Shown in pieces: positions 52,879-64,000 of a DNA stretch of 64,000 bases. How positions within the stretch are numbered: the stretch's first letter is position 1; every line of letters starts with the position of its first letter. A program made the position numbers and the translations under genes. Source of the DNA: Macrostomum lignano (lineage: Eukaryota); contig NIVC01002041.1 of NCBI GenBank assembly GCA_002269645.1, forward strand, positions 62,001 to 126,000. Direction: 5' to 3'. A model generated the notes under the pieces. That model ran no database searches, had not been told where the DNA came from, and saw nothing but the letters and a program-made list of their open reading frames with translations.

Positions 52879-55028
52879 TCTATGGCACGAATCGAAGTGG
52901 CCCAGAAGGAGGAGGCACAAACGTCTATGGCACGAAAGCCAAAAGGCGTGGAGAGTTCATGGCAATGACAATCCTATTGATTGAATGGAGGGTTGAAATG
53001 TCTATGGCAAAACTTTCAGTGGGGGTGAAGGGGTTTGTGTGAGGGATTCCCAGGCAGTAAGTAGTCTGTCCAAACCTGTTGATTCAAGAGTTTTCTGTCC
53101 ATCATGAGCGACCCGATAATACATTATATTAATTGGGGTAACCTCCCGTGTGAGGACCTCGGCAACATCACGCAGGATGAACTGAACTTCCTCTCGGAAT
53201 CCTCTGCCGTTGATCGGCACGACGAAGATTTCGATGCGTTCCTGAAGTATGTCCAAAATGGTCCAGCTGATACTGGGCTGCCAATGATCGATGGAGATGA
53301 AAAGATAGACGTTTCCGAGATGGACAGAATCGAGATCGAGAGTCTGCCTGAGGATACTCGGAAGCAGATGTACCAGCATGGCCAACGTTTTCGAGACTTC
53401 CTGGAAGGGGAGAATCTGCGCAACATTCAGCATGTCAACAATCCTACATTGAACCAATATCTTCGGTACTTCTACTTCAAGCTGAAGAAACAGGATGGCT
53501 CGTTCTACTCGCCGGCCTCTCTCATCTGTATCCGGGCTGGAATTCAGCGTTTCCTACGCATGGTTCTGAAGCTGCCTGTCGATATAATCGGTGGTGAGGA
53601 ATTCAATTCCTGCAACGAGATGCTGCGTGTCAAGGTTCGTGATTTCCATCGAGATGGTGGCTGCACCAGGCAGTATGAACCAATTGAAGAAGGCGACATG
53701 CAGAAGTTGCGGTGCTACTTTGAAGGGACTACGGCTGAAATCGAGCAGGCTAAATTTCTGTTCTATGTTCTTTACTCCTTTGGAGAGCGTGGCCAGGAGC
53801 ATCTGAAGTTCCTGAGACAAAGGGACTCGCTTGAATTGCACACGGATTCTGACGGCAAGGAGTACTACTGTCTTCCTGCTCTGCCAACGAAGAATAAGTC
53901 AGCCGATCCTGTGAAGGCGAAGGCCAGGCCGGACAACAAACAAGCTCGGATCTACGACACGGCCAAAGTGAGGAGATATCTACAACTGCTACCTCCAACA
54001 ACCAAGGACAACCATCTGTTCCCGCGTCCACTATCCAACACGGATTCCAATGGACAGCCTATGTTCTCAACAAAGCAGAATCGTGGGGAGAACTACTTCC
54101 TGCGTTTCATGCGAAACTTGAGCGAGAAGGCCGGTTTGTCCAAGATGTACACGAATCATTGCATTCGGTAAGCCTTTTTCTTCATATTGCTTTAAACCAG
54201 TTGCATATTTTCTATGCAATACTTTATTTCTGTTGTAGAGTGAGCAGGATTGCTGATCTAGAGGCTGCTGGGTACAATCTGGCTGACATCATGTCGATAA
54301 CCGGTCAGGTTTCTGAGAGGACAACTCGCCGTTACCTGTCCAAGCGCCGTGATCGCTCGCTGCAGTCTACCAGTGAGGCTGTTTCTATGGCACTTGATTT
54401 GAATGGTTCTTCACAAGCTGTTGCGACTCCATTGCGTGAGAGTTCACCGGTGCCAGTACCTGTGTCGTCTTCCGTGCAGATCACCGGCATCAGTCATGAC
54501 AATCCGTCGGTCAGGTACAGTTTCCACAACTGTTCATTCAATGGTTGCAAATTTGAGTAATGGACTCAACCGTCGTATTTTCTGGACTTTCTCCTGCTGT
54601 CGTGATGAGAACATGACCATAGGTTAGACTTGCACTCAATTGACTAAGCAGTGTTATTGTTGGAACATTTTTTGTTGGACTTCAATAAATATAAGAATTT
54701 CACGCTTCGTGTTACTTTTTTCGCCTATGGTATTGTTGTCCAGTCTTGTTATTTTACCTCCAGAAAATGGCCGGTCATTGTCCGGAGGTCATTGCCATGA
54801 ACAAATATTTCGGGCAATGACAAACTTCTTTACTTCAAGGGCCAGATGAAGAATCTAGCTCGTGCCTGCCGGCCAGGAGAGGGGATAGTGGAGATAGAAG
54901 ATGAGATGAGATTAGAGGAGAGGAGAGACTTCTCGTAATACCCAACTACACCCCATAGGATTTGCCAGTCACACCCTTAAAGCATCGATCGATATATTAC
55001 TGTTATAGTGTTATTGTGCCATAGACAT
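52879..55028 (+). mobile_element. Putative Crypton element: the recombinase gene enclosed by nested inverted repeats
   Basis: GTTCATGGCAATGAC (52955-52969) / GTCATTGCCATGAAC (54788-54802) is a perfect 15-bp inverted repeat. GTCTATGGCAC (52923-52933) / GTGCCATAGAC (55016-55026) is a perfect 11-bp inverted repeat. The exact termini are unknown. Confidence 0.6.
53104..54560 (+). CDS. Crypton-type tyrosine recombinase (DUF3504/KCTD1-ZMYM-like), ~460 aa. Exons 53104-54167 and 54239-54560
   Basis: Motifs: LKKQDGSFYSPASLICIRAGIQRFL; GERGQEHL (catalytic R); YTNHCIR (HxxR, with the R codon completed across a 71-bp GT-AG intron); IMSITGQ; RRYL (catalytic Y); terminal FHNCSFN. Confidence 0.85.
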
Positions 55029-55285
55029 TTTTGTCTCACAAAGGCAGCGAGAGAAAGAATGAGAGAGCGAGGCGACTGGGTGCGGGGGCTAGCCCCCGCT
55101 GAGGTGTAACCATAGACACTTTCCAAGTTATACACGCTGTATAAATCATGCACTCTTTCGCAAATACATGTGAAAGTGTTGTTAAACTTCCCGCCAATTT
55201 GCGGGCACTAAACATAGTCTATGGTATTAAATGGATTGATTAAGTGCCCGCCGGGCAAAAAGGTCATGTTACAATATATTTATAT

Positions 55286-56046
55286 ATAGCTTTTTGCAGC
55301 TTATTTGGGCCTACGCGCATTTAATTTAATCCAAGATACGTTTGCCAATGTAACGGAGCTTTTGTCTATGGTAGCAAGGCTGGCGCAGTGGCATTTGATT
55401 TGGTCCAACAAACATCAATTTGGTCCAAATTCTTGTGAGCCAATGGCAAACTCTTGCCTTCTCGCAACCGCCTAAGGGTTGTTGTGCACCGCTGGAATGT
55501 CAGCGTCTGCACCAGCAATTTTCAGTCGCTTTTCCAGAGCTCTGCTGCTGGTCCAAATCTGATAACCAACTGGAACTGTTCCTTCAACTGCTGCTGCATT
55601 TTCTGCAACGTCAAAAAAGGGTTCGTCTCAATTGCATTAAGTAGCAGTTGGACCTGAGTCTCTAACAACTTGCCTTGGCGATTGCCACCTTTCACAGGCG
55701 ACCCATGCCAGAAGTGGTTTCAACACGCTGATGGATGCTGTAAACCATCTTTCTTCTATATTCAGCAACCTTGCAATGTCCTTTGGGTTTTCACCTCTGT
55801 TGAGTGCTTTGATCACAAGCCAGTGGCATACGTTCGACAACCTAGCATGGTTCACAATTCTGGGGCTGATCTTGCTCCTCCGCAACAGTTGCAAATGAAG
55901 CTATGGACCAAATTGATGCTTGTTGGACCAAATTAAGTGCCGCTGTGCCAGCCTTGCTACCATAGACAAAAGCTTCGTTACATTGGCAAACGTATCTTGG
56001 ATTGAATTAAATGCGCGTAAGCCCAAATGGGCTGCAAAGAGCTATA
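55286..56046 (-). mobile_element. Internally deleted IS630/Tc1/mariner-like transposon with ~150-bp TIRs and an N-terminal HTH remnant
   Basis: The arms 55286-~55435 and ~55900-56046 are near-perfect inverted copies ending in TATA. The minus strand reads VIKALNRGENPKDIARLLNI and, after a frameshift, KGGNRQGKLLETQVQLLLNAIETNPFLTLQKMQQQLKEQFQLVIS (two HTH-like segments). No DDE domain remains. Confidence 0.7.
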
Positions 56047-56967
56047 TTACCGTTTAAAGTAAAACCGTGAAGCCGTGAGGTCTAAACGCGCTTCAAAAAG
56101 AGAGCGCATCCCATATGTTTGGAACAGTTTACTCTCGCTAGGAAGTCCCATTACTCCGATTAGGGATTGGACAATTTAGTTTTATGTAAAACTAATTATA
56201 ACTGCGTCCAGAGACAGGCAAATTTAGAAATTAAATGGACATTCAAGCAAGCATACAAACCTTAGAGATTTAGTATATTTAGATTGTTTACGAAAAACGG
56301 ATTAATTATCGACACTATCACGCGTAGGCAGCTGGTTTTACTGTAATTACCCCCTCCACCTCCTGCTTTCGCTTTGTGCTTTTGAGAACTGATATGGATT
56401 AGAGTAGATTAATAAGCAGATTAAAGCAAAGGCAGCATCGGATTTACATCGGCTCTGCTGCACCTGCACGCCCGGCCACTAATTAATCCCATCTGTGATC
56501 ACGAACGAATTCGACAGGAAACGCTGCGTGTACCCGATGGGAAATCTGGAGGGGTGTTGGAGGCTCACTTTTTGGCGCTCGCCTTAGAGTCTTAGGGCAC
56601 ATTAGAGTCTAATGATTTTTTTATTTGGTTACACTAAACCAATGGGAGGCTAAAGGCTAGGTTAGAGGCTCGACTCTTGGGTGTGGCAGCCTCTAAAAAT
56701 GACCCCGATTTGATGCTCGCTATTTGAGGCTCGTATTGGAGGCTGGATTAGAGGCTGGCGATTCGATGCTGAATTTAAGGCTCAATTAGAGGATGGATTC
56801 GAGACTGGCGTAGTTTTTTCAAAGGCAATACTAAACAGTTAGACAATATCTGTTCAAAAAGATTTTAAAAGGCCATATAATCGGCCATAAACGTATTCGC
56901 TTATACAGAGACGGGTGTCTTACTGGGCACAGGCGAGTATATACAGAGTTCACATTTTTGTGGGAGG

Positions 56968-59900
56968 CAGTGTTGCCACTGACTGATTTCGAAAAAAAAA
57001 CGCAGGCCGAAAAAAATAACGCCAACTTTTTTTCTCATAAAAAGGACTTCCTTGCTAGCCGTATCACTGTTACCGGATTCGAATATTGTACTTATATTGT
57101 ATCTATTGCACGTATATTGTGTCTGGTGACTTCTGACACAGCGGCACTCATTCCAAAAATGCCAAAGACGAAAAACCAGTAGTTACTTGTTAGCAAATTT
57201 CGAGCAAAAATTATAATAATTAGTTTTTCTTCTTCTTAGGCACATGGGGAAGGCGTGCAAGAGCAGCGTTCTCCGCTTGTCGCTTCAGCCTTGCTGCTTC
57301 CTCGGCTGTGCGCTGAACGACTTGGTCCATTGCACGCTGTTCAATGACAAGCCGCTCAGACTCAAATTGTGACAGCCGAACAGAAACGGCCGTATCTTCT
57401 CCCTGTGCTTTGCGCAGCCTGTCAATCGCAATTTGAACGTCTCGCTCGGCTTCAATGCACTTTGCCGTAGTCTCCGATTTTTTCGCGACCTGCTGGCTCT
57501 GTTCCTGAGCGAGGCGTTCGAGTGCATCTTTTCGCTCAGCGTTCTATAATGTTGCGGGAAATATTGAATTAAATACAGTAATATAAATTCATTATAAAAA
57601 GTAATTAATGTTTTCACGGAATGTTTTTACCTTCTCAGCTTCTCGGCGCAACTTCTCTTGTTCTGCTTCAGCTGCCTTTTTAATTGCTGCCAGTTCACTT
57701 GCCTTTTTTTCAGCAGCCATTCGCTGCTTGTACTCGGAACTCGCCTTTAAAGCGGCCTGGATTAGTTCATCAGGAATCGGCACATTTTTTGGTTTAAGGC
57801 TACGAGCACACAAAAAGCTGCGAGCTAAAAGTGAGTCTCGGAGCTTTTCGTCCGAGAGTCGATTTCGCTTTGGATTGGCGCTAGCGTCGTGGGACTTTCC
57901 GATGAACCGCTCTGCATCTGCGTTTCCATGAAACAGGGTGCAGCATGCAGAAGCAAGACGCGATAAAAGCGGGTATCGACCAGTCTTGGCAGCCTTCCTC
58001 CAACCACCAGCAATGTCGTGATTGTCAGGCAAAAGGAGATCGCCGGCGTTGGTTCGCAGATTTAGTAGCCTAACCTCAGTTTGGAGGCTACTAATGTCGC
58101 TAGCTGGAACGACTAGAGGAAGCTTTTTAGCAACGAACAGCACAGCCTCTTCATCGACTTCAGTTGTGAAGTCCAGAAACTTCATGCAGCGCAGAACTTT
58201 CTTCTTGAGCGGCAGCTTCCCCTGCAAGTAGGTTGCCACCGCTAGGTAAAACTGCTTAAAGCGAAAAAGTAGCGGCTTTTGCCGATCAGGCAGAGTAGCT
58301 TGCTGGCCAATTACAATCTTTGTCATGGGTAAATGCAGACTTTGATCTTTAAAGTCGACGAATGCAACCGACTTCTTCTCAAAGGCAGATGGTTGTATAA
58401 ACTGGATGGCAATGGCTTCAAGCAAGGCGGTCATCTCCGGATGCAGCCGGTGAATTAGGACTGTACAGCTTTCTTGGAGCAGTTTCTCAAAGCGGCTTGC
58501 AAGCTTTAGAGCGTGGATCATAAATCGGACGCAAACCAGTGTGTCCGGGTTTTGGATGGCAGCTCGGAGTCTTCGTATGCGGTCAGAATTGTCGTCAGAT
58601 TGCGAAAGGAAGAGAGATAGAGGAACCCACTGCTCCTCTATGCGCTCCAAGCAGGGAAGGAGAATGAGCCATCGTAACTCCACGTTCCGCTTGAAGGAAA
58701 GCTGTGCCATGCCAATTTGTTCTTGCAGGGCCTTGAATTCCTTTCGACGAGTAATGCTTCTGCTGAAGCAGGCAAAAATGTCGTCAGCAAGGTCGGACAC
58801 TTCAGAAAGATGACAGTCTGAAGCCTTTCGAAATGCGTTGGCAACAATGTGCAGTGTGCAGCTACCTATGTCAAGTAGATGTTCGAGCTCAGGAGTTTGA
58901 CGCAAGATTGCAGACACGCCGGCGTGTTCGCCAACCATCACGCTGCAACCATCGGAAAAATTTCCAATCCATTTCGATAAAGGGAGCTTGCTGTCCAAAA
59001 CGCACTGTCGAATTAGTTGCGCACATGAAGCAGCGTCGTGGCCTTCCAGAGGAAGTTGGTTGAGCATCTCGACCACAACACTGCCCTCAGAATTAAGATA
59101 ACGTACGCAAATCATCATAAGACCGTCACTCTCATCATAGCTGATGGAGTAAAAGCCGAATGACGATTCTAGTGCATCCACACCCACAATCGACTCAGTT
59201 ATTTTTTGCTGCACAAAAGGAACGATCGCGAATGACAGCAAGTAGGCCTGCTTGGTGCGGGCACAAGAAAAGCTTGCAGCGATTTTAGAATCCGAAAACA
59301 TGGCTCGGAATAAATCAGGGCTGTCGTCCTCCGTGTTAAAGCTCTTCGATTTGTATGCCGAGTTCCACACCCAGCGAATTTCGGCTGCAGTCGTTTTGAT
59401 TGACTTGTCATCGCTACTACTAGCTGCTGGATCTTTCTGTTTAGTGCAGAAGGATGCGATTGACTTCTGCTTCTGCTGCAGTGCTGTAGCTGCATTTGCT
59501 TCGTGAATTTTTGCTTTCATGTGCTGTTTGATGGCGGAAATTCCACCGCTTCCAACATGTATCGGTCTATCGCAGAAAAGGCAGAACGCGTCTGTATTGA
59601 CTTTACCCTTCGTCAACCATTTCTCTGCTTCTAGGGAAACAATCCAAGCGGCGTCGAAAGTTGTTAGCCGAGTTCGCTTTGAATCGTTCGACGCAGTGCT
59701 CATGCTCACAGAAATTATTCTTTGTTGTTGTTGTCTGGAGTTTAAAATCAGCTTATGATTGAAATGCATATGAAAATACTTAAGTTAAAATGGCAATGTC
59801 AGGTATGCTAATAATAACCTATGGTATTGGGTGAGGGCGATTCTGTGGTGTTGAGGGCGGTTCTGTGGGTTCAAGGGCAATTCTGTGGGGTATTTTTAGT

Positions 59901-60126
59901 GGTTTCTAAATGTTACTAAGCAGGAAAGCAAAAGCGAGTTCTTTAAATTGTATTTTGTACAGTGTTTATTATTAGCATTACTGTTATTTGAGTGCAGTAC
60001 AAAAATATTACAAGGATCAATGAACCATTCAAGAAAAAACGCCAGAAAGTGAGAATTTGGAGAAAAAAAACGCCTAACGCCAAAAAAAAACGCCAGCGTT
60101 AAAAAACGCCACAAGTGGCAACACTG
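56968..60126 (-). mobile_element. Full-length hAT DNA transposon (3159 bp)
   Basis: Perfect 13-bp TIRs CAGTGTTGCCACT (56968-56980) / AGTGGCAACACTG (60114-60126). Perfect 8-bp TSD GTGGGAGG at 56960-56967 and 60127-60134. Subterminal AAAAAACGC(C) repeats at both ends. Confidence 0.95.
57220..59703 (-). CDS. hAT transposase, ~798 aa after splicing. Exons 59703-57631 and 57543-57220
   Basis: BED-type finger CLFC...HMKAKIH; catalytic motifs ISYDES (D), FSDGCSVM (D), CTLH (CxxH), RWL, HGNADAERF (E). An 87-bp GT-AG intron leads to a coiled-coil exon ending in an NLS-like PKKKKN*. No stops or frameshifts. Confidence 0.9.
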
Positions 60127-60189
60127 GTGGGAGGGATATTTGCTCCTCTATTTGCAAAAGAGCTGCAGACACACAACATTAAGCCTCCA

Positions 60190-60865
60190 ACTTGAGCTTC
60201 TCTTCCAGCCTCTAATCCAGCCTCTAATCCGACCTCTAATCCAGCCTCTAACTTGAACATCGAATCCAGCCGCTAACTTGAACATCGAATCCAGCCGCTA
60301 ACTTGAACATCGAATCCAGCCGCTAACTTGAACATCGAATCCAGCCGCTAACTTGAACATCGAATCCAGCCGCTAACTTGAACATCGAATCCAGCCGCTA
60401 ACTTGAACATCGAATCCAGCCTCTAACTTGAACATCGAATCCAGCCGCTAACTTGAACATCGAATCCAGCCGCTAACTTGAACATCGAATCCAGCCGCTA
60501 ACTTGAACATCGAATCCAGCCTCTAACTTGAACATCGAATCCAGCCGCTAACTTGAACATCGAATCCAGCCGCTAACTTGAACATCGAATCCAGCCGCTA
60601 ACTTGAACATCGAATCCAGCCTCTAACTTGAACATCGAATCCAGCCTCTAACTTGAACATCGAATCCAGTCTCTAACTTGAACATCGAATCCAGCCTCTA
60701 TTCCAGCCTCGAATTCAACCTCTATTCCAGCCTCGAATTCAACCTCTAATCTAGCCTCGATTTAGCCTCTAAACTAAACATCAAATCCAGGCTCAAATAA
60801 AGCCTCTAATCCAGCCTCTACTTCAGACTCTAATTTGAACCTCTACTCCAGCCTCGAATCCAGCA
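60190..60865. repeat. 25-bp satellite (CCAGCCGCTAACTTGAACATCGAAT)n
   Basis: About 18 near-identical copies plus degenerate flanks. Confidence 0.95.
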
Positions 60866-62147
60866 TCAAATACAATCTCTTTCAATGCTGAATATTATTT
60901 TTGAGGCTAACATCAAACCAACCTCGAAAAATCCGCTTTGAGGTTCATTCGAGGCTGCGTTTGAGGCTAGGGTAAAAATTAGAGGCTGCCCTTTCCTATC
61001 GGGGTAGTTCTTTTCCTCAAAATGATGAAATGAATAAACAATAAATAAGCAGCGACATCTGCGCAGAAATCTGATGGCAAGGCGCACAGTTACATATATT
61101 GACAGAAAATGGCAGTGGTCGTTTAGTGATATATTGATTTAATAACGCGCTTACAATAAAGTACAGACAATTAGTTACTCTATATGTCAGGTAATTTAGG
61201 ATAAATAAACATTAATACATTCAAACAGACGCACAAAAATTGAAAAAAAAAAACATTTAAAAGTCTGGCGGCATTTTGAATTAGCAGTTCTATCAGACAG
61301 CAAGCAGTTCTATATCGGTATATGAATATTCCAAGGTTCCCCATTGCAAAGATTGGGTCCCAAAAGAGCGCAACGTCTACAAAATACTAAAAGCAGACAG
61401 ACGAACAGACGCGGAAATATACGCATATCAATAACACTTCTAATGCAATATAACAGCAAGAAAGCGGTTAGACGCGTAAATTTTATTAAGAATAAAATCT
61501 GCCGAGTTAAAGCATCCAATCTTTAAAAGCAACTACTTTGTCCTAAAGAAACAAAAAAGTACAAAACAGCAACAATTTAGTTTGAGAATGTCCGAAGGCC
61601 GTTGTTGAAGCCAAACTCTCAAAGTTGAACATGCAAGAGGGAGATTCGTCATGAAAATGAGCTGGGTTATATTTATAACTTCTAGAAAACAGTTGCAACT
61701 TGGGCAAGAATAAGCCGGTAATCCGATAGACATTGTCTCCTGATTATTTTGGCAACATTAATAACCGCTGCCCTGTAGTTGGCAAGTCTAAATTTATTCA
61801 GCACAGGCAAGAACAGTGTAGCCATGGCAACAGATAGCATAAAAAATAGACAATAGTTGATAAACATATTAGCTAAGACCATTAAACACTGGTTTCGATT
61901 TAATAATTCGTATTTCCATAGAAAAGCGTAGCATATTATAAAAACTAAAAAAAATACTAAACAAAACAATTAAAATAATTCACTGAAATACCAGATTAAC
62001 TTGCGAGTAAGGACAGCAATCTGCTGATCGGGATCAAGGGAAACCAGACGAAAAAGCATCTCGTGCTACTGTAAGTTTTGTCACAAATACTAAATTTCCT
62101 AATGCCAGAAATTTAATTAGATTTCGCTTTTAAAAGTACCTAAACTT

Positions 62148-62390
62148 CCGAGACCCTGAGCTTCAGAGACCCTGAACTTCAGAGACGCTGAGCTTCACAG
62201 ACCCTGAACTTCAGAGACGATGAGCTTCACAGACCCTGAACTTCACAGAACCTGAACTTTTCAGACCCTGAACTTCAGAGACGCTAAGCTTCACAGACCC
62301 TGAATTTCAGAGACGCTAAGCTTCACAGACCCTGAACTTCAGAGACGATGAGCTTCACAGACCCTGAACTTCACAAGCCCTAAGCTTCAA
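62148..62390. repeat. 16-bp minisatellite (AGACCCTGAACTTCAG / AGACGCTGAGCTTCAC)n
   Basis: About 15 copies with alternating subtypes. Confidence 0.9.
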
Positions 62391-62629
62391 CAGAGACTGT
62401 AAACTTTACAACGCCCAAACTAAGTCTAGAATTTTTTTATACAATAGTTGTAAACTCTAAGGCTTGTGAACTTAATTGTATTGATACTCCTGGTGTCAGC
62501 AGGCTTATAGAGCCTATGCTACACTGTTAGGCTTGTGCCCTCCTTCTACCAGCAAATAGGCGTACAACAAAAAGCAAAATCTGTTTAGATCTAAAGTGAG
62601 TAAAAAGTTAAAGCGAGCTGTAATAACAA

Positions 62630-62695
62630 AAAGACAGACAGACAGACGACAGACAGACAGACGACAGACAGACAGACGAACAGACAAGACAGACA

Positions 62696-62736
<41 letters not shown>

Positions 62737-62739
62737 CTA

Positions 62740-62819
<80 letters not shown>

Positions 62820-62843
62820 GACAGACAGACAGACGAACAGACA

Positions 62844-62921
<78 letters not shown>

Positions 62922-62968
62922 CTAAGACAGACAGACAGACAGACAGATAGACAGACAGACAGACACTA

Positions 62969-63016
<48 letters not shown>

Positions 63017-63034
63017 GAACAGACAAGACAGACA

Positions 63035-63087
<53 letters not shown>

Positions 63088-63150
63088 CTAAGACAGACAG
63101 ACAGACAGACAGATAGACAGACAGACGACAGACAGACAGACGAACAGACA

Positions 63151-63235
<85 letters not shown>

Positions 63236-63325
63236 CTAAGACAGACAGACAGACAGACAGACAGATCAGACAGACAGACAGATCAGACAGACAGACAGAC
63301 ACTAAGACAGACAGACAGACAGACA
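62630..63325. repeat. (GACA)n microsatellite
   Basis: About 700 bp, interrupted. Confidence 0.98.
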
Positions 63326-63386
63326 AGTACACAAACTGTCACAACAGATTGGCCAGCAGGCAAAGAGCAGGATGAAGAGCTGTCAA

Positions 63387-63637
63387 TCAGGCCGGATCCT
63401 GCTTGGTGAGAATCTCCAGCACCAGAGGGCTGGCCTCGTACACGCCCGAAGCGAGCATAGCCTGAAACTCTTGGGCGGCCATAAGCGACAGCTGCCTGAC
63501 CAGGGGCAGGCGCAACAGGAGGCCGGCTACGCGCGATGGCGCCTCCGGGAATCTGGCCGAGCTGCACTGGCGCAGGAACTCCAGCACCCGGTTCTGCTGC
63601 CGCGTCACCAGCTGGGGATCGCACAGGCCCTGCACGT
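63387..63637 (-). CDS. Last exon of a nuclear hormone receptor (ligand-binding domain C-terminus, NR2-like); the rest lies beyond the window
   Basis: After cccgcccAG (phase 1): (D)VQGLCDPQLV...FPEAPSRVAGLLLRLPLVRQLS...LVLEIL, which resembles NR LBD helices 9-12 ('P.RF.KLLLRLP.LR.IS'). Confidence 0.72.
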
Positions 63638-64000
63638 CTGGGCGGGGTTGGGCAGGGGGATTAGTGAGGAGAGGATAGGAGCTTTTCTATTCCGATAAGC
63701 GCTCCCAAAGCTCAGTTCTGATAGACAGGAATAATTCACTCACTCACTTGCAGAGGATTAAGGCAAAGCATCCGAACGGATTACTAACGGATCAGATAAA
63801 TGGACATACGAGTACATAGACAAACTGAAACCGCATTCTGCTCCAGAAATTCTATATTAAGCAGTCTTGACGCGGTGGGAAGTAGCATCGCTTTGATAAA
63901 TAATGGCTGGGAGCAATATAGAGAGGATAAAAGCCATTTGCTAACGATAGAATCGCTTCGCTCACTGCACGCGCAGGAAAAGTACTTTGAGAAGGTTTTT

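Larger units (their letters stand above)
56531..61006. mobile_element. Older non-autonomous inverted-repeat element split by the hAT insertion
   Basis: Ends TACCCGATGGGAAA (56531) / TTTCCTATCGGGGTA (60992-61006); GGCAGCCTCTAAAAATGACCC vs GGGTAAAAATTAGAGGCTGCC. GAGGCTGGATTAGAGG units on the left mirror CCAGCCTCTAATCC units on the right. Confidence 0.55.

Noticed and set aside
62514-63332. VCLS/TDRQ ORFs
   Set aside because: (GACA)n microsatellite

Overview
Repeat-rich eukaryotic (animal) genomic DNA with spliceosomal introns, GC-rich exons and introns full of minisatellites. The overall style suggests an invertebrate such as the flatworm Macrostomum, which is an inference only. Host genes reconstructed by hand from splice sites and protein motifs: the 5' part of an axonemal inner-arm dynein heavy chain (DNAH3-like, minus strand, 8 exons, running off the window start); a complete two-coding-exon Bcl-2-family gene; a terminal FN3+transmembrane exon; a CAMSAP/Patronin gene (CH-like domain, coiled coils, CKK) with an in-frame QQ(I/V/T)PQ repeat; and the last ligand-binding-domain exon of a nuclear receptor. 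Mobile DNA: an apparently intact hAT transposon (perfect 13-bp TIRs, 8-bp TSD, spliced ~798-aa transposase) nested in an older inverted-repeat element; a Crypton-type tyrosine-recombinase gene with one intron, flanked by nested inverted repeats; an internally deleted IS630/Tc1-like element; a PHD+FLYWCH Mutator-like non-autonomous element with an 8-bp TSD inserted in a decayed LINE; a 5'-truncated RTE-like LINE; two copies of a tRNA-derived SINE with TSDs; several foldback/MITE-like elements; and about 20 tandem arrays. No rRNA, intact tRNA or CRISPR array was found. The 50.7-61 kb transposon cluster, especially the tyrosine recombinase element, is the most interesting part.
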